From Negaprion brevirostris (taxonomy: Eukaryota), in the NCBI GenBank assembly GCA_030324005.1, contig JARDVH010000115.1, forward strand, positions 12,097,114 to 12,161,113: a stretch of DNA of 64,000 bases, written 5' to 3'. The translations under genes were made by a program, and so were the position numbers. Positions 12,899 to 24,700 of the stretch are shown in pieces. The notes beneath the pieces are model-generated. The model was not told the DNA's origin, made no database searches, and saw nothing but the letters and a program-made list of their open reading frames with translations. Position 1 is the stretch's first letter, and each line of letters begins with the position of its first letter.

Positions 12899-13744
12899 CA
12901 TAAACAGTATAAATATTCAAAAAAGATAATTTCAAGAGCATCCATACCATCAAGCAATGCAAACAGCTTTCAAAATATAAAATAATTTGTACCCATCTTT
13001 TACAAATAAATAATATTCAGTTCACAGCCAAAAACTGTTGACCTGGACTATTTACATCATATATGTTATTAAAACCATCCCAGTCTGGGATTACTAGTGA
13101 CACAGAGAGAACTTGTACCTTGAAGTGGACCCAGTGCATTATGTAAGCTAAGTGCCAATTCTAGCTAATTTATTTTCTGGTTTATATATTTTTCAAGATC
13201 AGTTCTTTACTAAGTGATATTGGAATATCAAATGGAACTATGCTACTGGTCTTATAGCCAAAGTAGTCTTTGCATCAGCCAAGTGAAATCCCACAATAAC
13301 ATATTGTGATGGTCAATTGTATTAATGCTCTACACAAAAGATGATGCACAAAACTGTAGTGTTAGGAAAGCGAAGAATTGGATTGAATAGGTTTTCATGA
13401 ACACCAATGCCTTCACTAACTAAGTCACTTCTGAGAGATAGTTTGGCGGGGGATTCTTGCCCTATGTCCCACTTGCCAGTTTTCAGTGTTGCAACCCTTT
13501 GGCGGCATTAAGATATACAGTAGAACTCAGCTCTGATGGAAACTAAAACAAATTCAGTCTGCTTCTAAAAAGACAAATGGTATACAAAGGTGCAAGCCAA
13601 TAAACACACACCAGTTGCCCCATTGTCTGAGCATGTCTGCAATGAATGTGATAGATTAAGACAGAAGACTGTAACACTCCATGGAACCATCAGTCAATAG
13701 AAGAAATCTATGAAATGTTAAGTAAAAGCAGGAATGACTGAGAG

Positions 13745-13950
13745 TACACCAGTCTGTTAACATCTGTAAAAGGAAAAGATAAATTGACATTTCAGACATC
13801 GGTCCTAGATCAGAACTTTAAAGTGGGGTGGATTTATCTTTCAGTTTGCAGTTCTGGCAAAGAACCCATGTCAAGATTTTTTTTGCTTCTGCTGACAGAT
13901 CTGTTGCTCTTATACTTTCTGTTTTTATTTCAACACTTACAATTTCTTCT
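13745..13950. mobile_element. Short palindromic Penelope-derived element, decayed
   Basis: Two inverted arms related to the element at 17533-17670. Confidence 0.5.
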
Positions 13951-16900
13951 GTCAAATAATGGTGGGATACACACGGGGCAAGTACTTTCCACTTAAATTG
14001 GTGATGCTGATATTAATGATCTCTGCTTAAAAAAGCCCACATTGCATTTTCTCATCGTGTCACATTCCTAGCTACTGTTTAATGCAATTGAAAGGTTCCC
14101 CCCACCTCCTTTTTCAGAATGAGTGATAAGCCAGAGTAAAAAAAAATCTTCAAGTTAAATACTACAAGATATATATATATATAAAAAAAACACCATTTTA
14201 ATTAAATCTGCCTATTTAAGTGCCCTCCCTGGACATTTCTAACTTGTCTGCATTTCAGCAGCTGTAATGTATCTACATTGGTAAGAAATGTCTGCTAAGT
14301 ATCTTTTCACAGCAGTAAATGTCTCTGCTCAGTAAGTGGAAAACATCTGCTGTGAAACTTTTTTTAAAAACAGCACAGATAAAAATGTTGAGTTGAGTTA
14401 AGTGGTCTCATCATGTGATTATTGCTCCCTATTTCCCCATTTTTCCACTTACAGATACAAATAGTAATCAGATCACCATGATCTAATATTGTGACAGTCA
14501 AGTAACTGATTATCCTTTCTCCACTGTACTTGCTCATCTTAATTCTTGCAGCCCTCCCCTACCTATGAATACCATCTGTCTCTGTATACATACTCTCAGC
14601 ATTGGAAAGGCTTCCCTCCAGCATTCTTCCTCAAAAAGTATTTAATAAATGCTTTCTCCCAAGTATATTCAACACACTTCAAACCTCCTTTCCCCCATAC
14701 AATCCCTCATACCAGTAAGGCCATTTCCTCACCCTCCTCTTCACTTTTACCACCATGCTCCTTTCAAGCACATTTCTTTCCCAAGTTCTCAGTCCACACT
14801 TCATCCTTCTTTGCTTGCCTACAGTCTCTCCAACCATGCCTATCCTATCCCAGTAAGATAGCATCTAGGAACCCGTGAATGGTTCTCACACCCACACAGT
14901 GTGCATAAAATTACTGTGCAAAAAAAAATGCACAACTATCTCCAAATGTTACGTAAAAAAAGTAATGCAACTGCTCCAATATGTAAATCATTATATTCTT
15001 GAAAGGCCAAGCTTATACATTCATATTTGCGATTAATTGTTGAACATTTGGCTGCTTTCCTGTTTGCGTTGTAATGATTGACTTCATTAAACAAAAATTT
15101 ACTAAAAAACAATTCTTAAATTTCATAGTAATGAATTTTATATATTGGAATCCTCTCATGTTGTTCAGCAGTCATGTAAAAAAATTTAGATTCCACTGTT
15201 CATATAACAACTTTGAAGTTTAATCCCATTTATCTATTAAAAGACAGTTTGGCATTTTAAAAGTACTTTCAGATGAGGGAGAAAAGAATGAACTGAGGAG
15301 GACCACACACAAGGAAGCATTACTGTGCGGTGGCTGTATTAAATACACTGGTTCATGTAACAAAACAATATCTACAGTGTGAAAGAAACCCCTGATTACG
15401 CATGCCTTCCTGCCCAGTCTAACCTAACAATGTGCTACTTTTGCCCCTTACTTCCAGGAAGACATATTTCATCATTTGCAAGGTCAGTCCTGAGATTTGT
15501 GTCTCTAAACCATGCTCATGCTATAATTATGCTTGCAGTCTACTTTGAGAATCAGAAACCAATCTGACCAAGAGGAAAGAAGTGGTTAGACTGGTGGAAG
15601 AAATGGTTCTTCCACTTCTCTTTGAAGTCATTTTTTGGCCTCAACACACACTTAACATTTGAAAGTTTAGTATTGTTGAAGCTAACACTATTTTGTTCCA
15701 GTTCTATACCTCAATGTGTGAATGTACTGTCAGACAGAGCATTCTCCAGGTGCAGATCATAATACTTCCCAAATTCAAATGCAATCTCCACGTCAACATA
15801 ATCACAATAGTTTTCTGTGAAGCTAAATGTAGAGCTTTGGATAACACATCCAGAAATGAATTTACAATCCAGGCCTGTATTTATAATAACTCCACAATTA
15901 TTCGCACAGAATGAACTTCTAAATTACTTGTACTTTCAGGTCATCACCCAGGCTGCAGGTGGCCTCATAGATGGAGCAGTATAGCACAGCTCAGTTGCTT
16001 CCCTCTTTTCACAGCCAATGTTGAGAGTTTTAGAGGCTGTTAAAAACAACCTGGAAATCTACTAGCAGTCACGGTGTTATAGGAGAAATTAGTTTGAAAA
16101 TAAAATTATAACTTTATAAAGCACAATTTTAAAAAGAAAACTATTCCCATTAGTAATATATTTACCTGTGCTCACCAACACACCCAGGTAAATGCCTGAC
16201 ACTTTGGCAGAAGTGCTAATGCTTAATCATGAGGTGCTTGCAGCCACTGTTCCTATAATGGTTTTGTTACTACAATGCAACCCCTGTAAATTGTGAATAG
16301 ATGACATTAAGTATCACTGATCCAGGACAGTGACGGTTCAGGATCAGAAAGGATCACATCCCAGCAACAAACTCTTCATGCAGTGGGGGACAAGCTGCAC
16401 TCAGTTATTGTCATGCGATTCTGGAATTTCTAGAGAAATAAATGGAAGAGAGAGACAGGGAGAGGAAAGGGAAAGAGTGTAAGAGAGAAAGCTTGAACCT
16501 GGCATTTACCTGCACTAAAATAATTAAATAAAACTCAATCTCTTCATTTCTTCTTAAAGGCATTTAACATGAAGTAAAGTTACTTAATTGCAATGAGCTA
16601 CAAATATACTTTAAGGTCACACCCTTTCTTGCTCCCTGACCTGTGCTGTAAAAATCAGTACCGAAAGCTGGCCATATGTGGAGGAATGCAGTTCATGATT
16701 TTTTTGTAGATTGGATGAGGGAGAATTCACAGTGAAGCTAACTGAAATGCCATCTTGCTACTGGTATTTGAGTGGGGTTTATAAAAGATTGATGATTGAG
16801 ATAGGAAAATAAAAACCCTGATTTTGAAATCTTTTGTTCTTTCTGGAGCTGATACCGTATATCTAGCACGCATCATCTTAGCTGAGGTATTGAAACTAGA

Positions 16901-17217
16901 GACCGTCTCCATCCTTGGTGCTTCAGTTTGTGATATCCCTGAAAAAGGCTGAATCGATGCAGCCCAGCTGGTCACCAGTTGAATTGGGAAAACTGTCCTT
17001 AGCCACCACTTTAGACAACCCACAAAGTAATTATCAACGTCCAGTTAGAATTATCTGCAGTATACCACAACCCTACATTACATGCATCAGTCTCATCTCA
17101 ACCACGCAAAATAATCATTTTTTAAACGAGGCCCTCATAACAAGGCTCCTAATCACAATCTTTGAGAGAGAATTTAGCATATAATTGAGAATTGGGAAAT
17201 TTGTTATTTTCCGCCTC

Positions 17218-17390
17218 TAGAATAATAAAATCTACAATGCAGAAGGAGGCCATTTTGGTCCGTTGAGCCTGCACCGACAATAATCCCAGGTGCTATTTTC
17301 GTAACCCCACATATTAACCCTTCTAATCTCCCTGACACTAACAGACAATTGAACATGGCCAGTCAACCTAACCAGCACATTTTTGGACTC
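17218..17390 (-). mobile_element. HE1 SINE 3' half, in the putative AREL1 3' UTR
   Basis: caatgcagaaggaggccatttt...gcaccgacaataatccca...ctgacactaa. Confidence 0.8.
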
Positions 17391-17532
17391 TAGTGGTCTC
17401 AAATTTTTCAGTGATTGTTATAGGGTACTTGATTTACAATAATGAACTGGAGATGGTTAGTGCTCCCATATTTTAATCCCCTTCTTTGTTGATCAACTCA
17501 TTCTTCCACTTTACTGCCTTAAAATACTTAAA

Positions 17533-17670
17533 GTTCTGATGATAGTTCATGAACTTGAAATGTTAATTTGGCTTCTCTTTCCACAGTTGCTGCCTGACCT
17601 GCTGAGTTATTTCCAGCATTTTCTGTCTTTATTTCAGATTTCCAGCATCTGCAATATTTTGCTTTTGCGT
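17533..17670 (+). mobile_element. Short Penelope-pLTR-derived element with hammerhead-like core
   Basis: gttCTGATGA..GAAAtgttaat..ccacagttgctgcctgacctgctgag..ttccagcattttctg. Related copies at ~18375, 26360, 33050, 34735, 38115, 49681 and 61800. Confidence 0.65.
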
Positions 17671-18374
17671 TCGTCCATCTGGAAATATGATTGAAATATT
17701 AACACCAACCTTCTGTGGAACTGAGTGGTTGGAATCTGTCTCAGCAGAGCAGCTACAACAAAACACAGCTCACAGAGAAAGTGCAGTTATCTTGATGGTT
17801 TGGGAGGTTGGTTCCGACAGTCACTGATCAAAGGGAAGGACCAACAGTGTGACAATACTTCAATTAACCAGCGACTCTGGAGACAGGGCACAGAACCTGG
17901 CACTGCTTTGTTTCACAGTCGAGTTCCTGGTACGATAGGGTGACTTTGCATGGTCAGAGGTCAGAGCAAGGTCACCAAAACTCTCAAGCGGTTGAGACTG
18001 GAAGTCCAGGTGCAAGTCTTTGTGCAGTCTTCCACACAAAATGTTGTGACAAAGATTGCTGTGTGCTACAAGAACAGACTGATAAGGAGTTCCGTGATTG
18101 CTTGTGAACATTCAGAATAGTCTTTCCTCCATTTCCTGACAAACCAGCTGAAGTCTCTTAAGCATCTCCCAGATTAGATTATTGGTAAATCAGACAAATG
18201 CAGAAGGATGTCGCTGATCACAACACCCAGAAACCTCAGCTTTGGAACTGAGTGCTTGTACAAACAGCTGACATTACAGGCTGAGACCGGAAAGTTTTGA
18301 CTGCAACATGCTGGATCGCTCACTGTCTTTGAAACCTGTTCACCCACAACTGAAGGCTGCATGTGGAAGCGTCA

Positions 18375-18492
18375 TAAGAACTTGAAACATTAACTCTGCT
18401 TCTCTCCCACACATGCTGCTAAACTTGCTGAGCTTATCCAAGATTTTCTGTTTTGATTTCAGATTTCCAACATCGGCAGTAGTTTGCTTTCA
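18375..18492 (+). mobile_element. Short Penelope-pLTR-derived element
   Basis: gaaacattaactctgcttctctcccacacatgctgct...ttcagatttcca, the same family as 17533. Confidence 0.65.
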
Positions 18493-18675
18493 TTAAGCTG
18501 AAGGCTCAGGTTAGAATAACGCAGCGATTACCATTGCTCAATCCATTTCTGTCTTAAAAGTATTATGGTAGATAATGGGAAGACCATGGCAATTCTTAAC
18601 TTGGCCATCACTGAATCCTGTGCTTTTCTCAGCCTGCTGCTAGATATATCCACTTTTTATGTCCCAAAGCCTCAG

Positions 18676-18778
18676 TTACAGCATCCCAAATCCTTCGCTG
18701 CCTTCATTAATGGCCAGTTTCAGCATTTTGTGCAGTTCCTCGTAGGAATCATAGGTAGGAAGGCACAACTGGTTAAAG
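18676..18778 (-). CDS. AREL1: AREL1 last coding exon ([34 protein letters not shown])
   Basis: Acceptor tacctag; TAA stop at 18676-18678; HECT C-terminal Phe near the -4 position. Confidence 0.97.
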
Positions 18779-21700
18779 CTAGGTATATATATATTAAAAA
18801 AAAGAGTTGGTCAGTACAAGAATCATTTACAGTTGATCAATTCCCATCCCTCCACTAAAGTACTTTTTGATCCAACACCATTTTCTCAGTGTTAGCAGGA
18901 TCATTTGCAGCTGTACAAGTGACCCAAGCTGGGAATTGAACCCAGTCCCTGACACTGACAGGCAGCAGTGCTAACCACTGTGAGATTGAGTAAAATGGGC
19001 CTATATTCTTTGGAGTTTAGAAGAACGAGAAGTGACCAAATTGAAGAAGTGTACAAGATTTTGAACGATTTGGATAGGTTAGGCACAGGTTGTTTCCACT
19101 GGCCGGGGAGTCAAGAACATTCATCAGGGTCTCAGGATAAGGGATCGATCATTTAGGACTGAGATGAGCAGAAACTTCTTCACTAAGAAAGTTGTGAATC
19201 TTAAGAATTCACTATCCCAAAAGGTTATGGATACTGCTTCATTGACTATATTTAACAGATTTTTGATCTCTCAGGGAATCAAGGGATATGGGGAGCAGAT
19301 GGGAAAGTGGAGATGAAGCACAAAGCAGCTTTGATAGTATTGAAATGGTGGAGGAGGCTCGACAAGCCATTTGGTCCACTCCTATTCCTGTCCCTTGGGT
19401 ACCCAGCCCTGCTCTCCCAAAAGGGCTCGTTTATCACAGTGCTAGTATTAAGGGACAGGAAATAGATGCTCCCATCTCCAGCATTGCTCCGTGTTGATCA
19501 TGGACCCTTATCCTATCCCAACAGAGGAGCACAACTGCCCAGTATTTGTTACTAAAAATGGAATTCTATTTCTGTGTACTATATGTGGAAACTCATTGAT
19601 CTGAGAAGATCTGCCTCCAGCATACACAAGAACACGAGCCAGCCATTCAGTCCCTCAAGTCTGTTCCATTCAATGAGATCACGGCAGATCTGTATCCAAA
19701 TTCTATCCATCTGCCTTGGCTCTGTATCCTTAACTACTGTTATGTCTAGCAACGATTTATTGACCTGAGCTTTACTGAGCTAACATTTTGTGGGAGTGTT
19801 CTCCAAAACTCTACTAACCAATGTGCCAAAAAGTGTTTGCTAATTACTTCAGGCATGATAGCAGTACTCGAGGGTTAGCTAAAGAGGGAGATGTGCACGG
19901 TGCTATTTGCAGCAGCTGGAAAATTAGCACATATCCTGAAATGCCAGAGGATATATCCCATATGCCCACAAGTTTACCCCGGCTGCATCCCTTTTGCCTA
20001 ACTACTTACCAAGTATGGGCTGTGGGCAAGGTACTATGTGTAGGTGCTGCGATGATCTGAAATGAGGGGCACATCGCCACAAATCCTCCTGGAGGGAGCT
20101 GGGAAGAACCTGTTGTGAACTGCAACAACCGAGCAAGCTCTTCCTGGGTGAAACTGGACACCACTGTCCAAAACCACTTCATTACCTGCAGGGTGTTTGG
20201 GGGTGAGTAGGAGAGGAGGAGAGCACAATTTTCAGAATTCTATCTTATTCACTACCAATGTCACTCACCTGGCTGCAGTTGTTGTTGGCGAAGGTACCAA
20301 ACCAAAACACGTGAAGGTTTCATCCCTCAATATTGATGAGCAAAGACAATCACCTTTCCACAAATGTGAAAGTCTGTGGCTTTTGTCCCCATCATCCACA
20401 CACAAATGCAAGCAAAATTTGTTCTATTTCACAGTAAGCTGATTTATATAACAAACACCAGTAAAGGGTGAGTTATATATTAGAGAGCAATTAAATTAAG
20501 ACAAAGCAGATATACCCAAAGCACTGTTCAGGGCTGTGCATTTCAAATATTTTGTTTTATATTAAAATCTTTTGTTTGCTTCTAATACTCAAAACTCCCA
20601 AGTTGCACCAAAACCCACATTACAGCTTCATATTTTGTCGCTTTTAAGGGTTTACCTTCTCTCGAAAGTGCCAGGATCCTCCAACAATGACTGCATGCGT
20701 CTTGAAATCAGGTACATTAATGTTGCCAGTCCCACACATCAACAGCTGGGGGTCAGAATTTAACAATGAGAATTGAAAAAGTTCCATCAACCTGCTAAAT
20801 ATTAAAGAGCAGCAAAGCAAAATCAACACATGAACTCAGAATCCCTACAGTGCAGAAAGAGGCCATTCGGCCCATCAAGTCTGCACCGGCCACAATCCTA
20901 CCCAGGCCCTATCCCATATCCCTACATATTTACCTGCTAATCCCTCTAACCTATGCATCCCAGTACACTAAGGGCCATTTTTTTTTAAAAGCATGTCCAA
21001 TTAACCCAACCTGCACATCTTTGGACTGTGGGAGGAAACCCATGCAGACAAGGAGAATGTGCAAACTCCACACAGACAGTGACCCAAGCCAGGAATCGAA
21101 CCCAGGTCCCTGGAGCTGTGAAGCAGCAGTGCTAACCACTGTGCCGCCATGCCGCCCAAGATGCTTATGGCCTGGTGATCAGAGCAGTTATTTCCTAAAT
21201 CTGCCTCCCTTTAATTTCACCTGCTCACAGGATGTTAATGGATTAGCACCAATGTGGATGCCAGAAAGATGATTACAATGGGGAAGTAATATTCTGGACA
21301 AATTCCAGCCTGCATTATTCTGATTTTGGGTGATTTCATAAGATACTGGCCATGACTTTCCCAAAAAGTGACTAGTCTTATAACAGTGAGAATGCTGGAG
21401 CACTCTGCGCTAGTCTGTCAAGTGCACTCCGGACTGCGGTGGAATGGGGGATCTAAACATATTGTTGAGCCCAGCTGCGCAGCATTCGGGTGCCCTTTCA
21501 CAAGAGTCTCACACTGCATTGGAGACCCCCCATCACCCATGGGTATCATGCTCACCTCCACCCCATCTCATTGGCAGCATGTTCCCCCGTCCCTTCCCCA
21601 ACACGGGTCACTAGCATTGGGGCATCCAAGCCCTCCCGATGCACTCCCCAGCCTGATTCCCCCCATGCTGGCCCATCATGGCTCCTGACATGCTCCCCCA

Positions 21701-24700
21701 CATCATGCCTCACTTCATGATCCACATCTGCACAAATCCCCCACCCTGTACAATTCCCCCCATCCCCAGCATAACACCCCCTGCACAAACCAACTTGTGT
21801 AGACTCCTTGCAAATCCCCCCATCATAGCCCCCACTCAGAACCCCCATCATAGTCACCCCATCATAGACCCTAGTAGTAGTCCCCACATAGTTCCCTGTC
21901 ATAGCTCCATTGCCATAGCCCTCCCATCATGGCCCCCGCAACCTCCTACTGTCATTTCCACCCAGCCATTGCCCCATTCAGGCCTCACCCCTTTGGCATT
22001 GGCCCAGCACACTGGCAGTGCCCAATTGGCACTGCTGGGTCTTCGGTGGGCACTGCAGTATTCAAGTGGGCACCGCCTGATGGGCACTGCCTGGCCATAC
22101 CCTGGACCACCGGGGAGGCTTCGATGGCTTCCAAGCCCCTGGCGTGGCCATTGCATCTGGTTTCCGCCCATATGACATCCTGCTGGAGAGGTGCGAACAT
22201 TCTAGGAAGTGAAGACAATTGCATGCCGAACTCACTAATGAGATTGAAACCATGCTAAATCCCATGCTAGTGCACCTCACGGTCATATCCAGTTAGTGCC
22301 ATTAGGAGGGGACCAGGATGATTGCAAACCATTTACCACTGGGCATGACACCGAACTTTAGGCCTGGGATTGGTGCGATCTGCACCAGGCACAGCGAGGC
22401 TGGAAAATCACCCCCATTATCTACAGGTTTCTGGAATGGGAGATGTCACAATGAAAATTTGGCAATGTGCTAATCCTGGTGCAAGATTTCCTTTGTGTGA
22501 TATGTGTAAGAAAATCAGAAAATTAAATGATCATTCTGTTATGTATAACAAAGAGGAAATCATTAACCCACTGTAAAAATAAAACTCTTTAGTATCATTG
22601 GAAATCTCGCAGCCATTACCAGAAATGAATAAGTCCTGCAATATTTGAGTTCAGGGGTGAATAATACGGAGCTGGGTATTTAAATTAGTCTCGGTTAAAC
22701 TAATTAATGGGAAAGAAACGTCAAGGGAAATTAGAGGTACTCAGTTCGCCCTTTGATGTGGCTACTTTCATAATTTTCTTTTGAACAATTTTTGAAATCT
22801 CTGTGGTCATCCCTCACTTGTACAAAAGCTTGCAAGACTACCTGCAAGGAAGCTAAAGAACACTAAGGCTCATTTGAAAAAAAAATCATGATCAAGAAAG
22901 CTCCCTCAAAGAATTTACCTTTTAAGGAGAAGACAAGAGGAAACTGTTGCAAAGAAGGTTCCAGCAAACTGACTGAATATTTTGCACAGAATATAGGGGA
23001 TCTCAATGCATAAGAATTTATCTTTATGAGAAAATGAGGAAAGCTGGTAACAGATGCAATGGGCCAAATAATGGTAATTTCGTGCTGGACATGTTATCAA
23101 GGAACGAACTGGCATTGTGCTTGGAGAGTCGGCACGGTGGCACAGTGATTAGCACTGCTGTCTCACAGCACCAGGGACCTAGGCTCAATTCTAGTCTTGC
23201 ATCACTGTGTGTAGTTCTGCACGTGTCAGCGTGGGTTTCCTCCGGGTGCTTGGGTTTCCTCCCGCAGTCCAAAGATGTGCGGGTTAGGTTGATTGGTCAT
23301 GCTAAATTGACACTAGTGTTAGGGGGAATTAGCAAAATAAATATGTGGGGTTATGGAAATAAAGCCTGGATGAGATTGTGATTGGTGCAGAATCGATGGG
23401 CTGAGTGGCTTCCTTCTGTCCTGTAGAGATTCTGGAATTTGAAGAACAAATATGGCAAATTCGAAATCTTTGGAATTTGTGTGTCAATATATGCCCCTCC
23501 CTCTCAGTCTTCCCATTACTTTGTAGAGCCTGCTGGATTTGCGAGTCAATGGCTTGTTGAACTCACAGCAAAAAGTTAGGCTGGGTATTTAATGGTGTAA
23601 GCATCTTCGTATTGAAGCAAAGAGCTGGCATAAATGGGTCTTTTTCCATTTGGTGGACAGTAACTAGTGGGGCACCACAGGAGTCTGTGCTAGGACCCCA
23701 ACTGTTCACATTATATATTAATGATTTGGAAGAGGAAGCTAAATGTGCTATCTCTAAATTTGCAGATGATACAAAGTAGGATTGGAAGGTGAGCTGTGAG
23801 GAAGGTGCAGAGATGATTCAGCACGATTTGGACAGGCTGAGTAAGTGGACATATGCATGGCAGATGCAGTATAATGTGGATAAATATGAAGTTATCCACT
23901 TTGGTAGCAATAATAGGAAAGCATATTAATATTTGAATGGGTGTAAATTGAGAAAGGTGGATGTCCAGCGAGATTTTATTGTCCATGTGCACCAGTCACT
24001 GAAAGTAAGCACGCAGTTACAGCAGGGAGTAAAGAAGGCAAATAGTGTGTTGGCCTTCACAGTGAGAGGACTTGAGTATAGGAATAGGGATGTTTTAAAG
24101 CAACTGTATAGGATGTTGGTGAGACCACACCTGGAATCCTGTGTGCCGATTTGGTGTCCTTATCTGAGGAAAGATGTCCTTTCTATAGACAGAGTACAAT
24201 AAAAGTTTACTAGGCTGATTCCTAGGATGACAGGTTTGTCACATGAAGAGGGACTAAGTGAGTTAGGATTATAGTCATTGACATTTAGATGAGAGAGAGG
24301 GGATCTTATAGAAACTTATAAAAACAGGATTAGACAGGGTAGATTCAGAAAGAATGTTCCTAATGGTGGTGATTACAGAACTAGGGGTTATAGTTTGAAG
24401 ATAAAGGGTAAACCTTTTAGGATTTAGGTCAGGAAAAATTTCTTCACCAAGAGAGTGGTGAATGTGTAGAATTCACCACTACAGAGCATCAATGAGGCCA
24501 AAACATGTGTGATTTCAAGAAGAAATTAGATATAGTTCTTGGGGCTCAAGGGATCAAGGGGTATGGGGAAGGTATTGAATGTGTTGATCAAAATGAATGA
24601 TGGAGCAGGCTCAAAGGGCCAAATGGCCTCCTTCTGCTTCTAGTTTCTATGTTTCTATGAAAAGGTTTATAATCCTGCGATGCCAATTGTCCTTTCCTCC

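Noticed and set aside
21368-22286. Cluster of overlapping Pro/His/Gly-rich ORFs of up to 165 aa
   Set aside because: These arise from C-rich low-complexity repeat sequence that is poor in stop codons.
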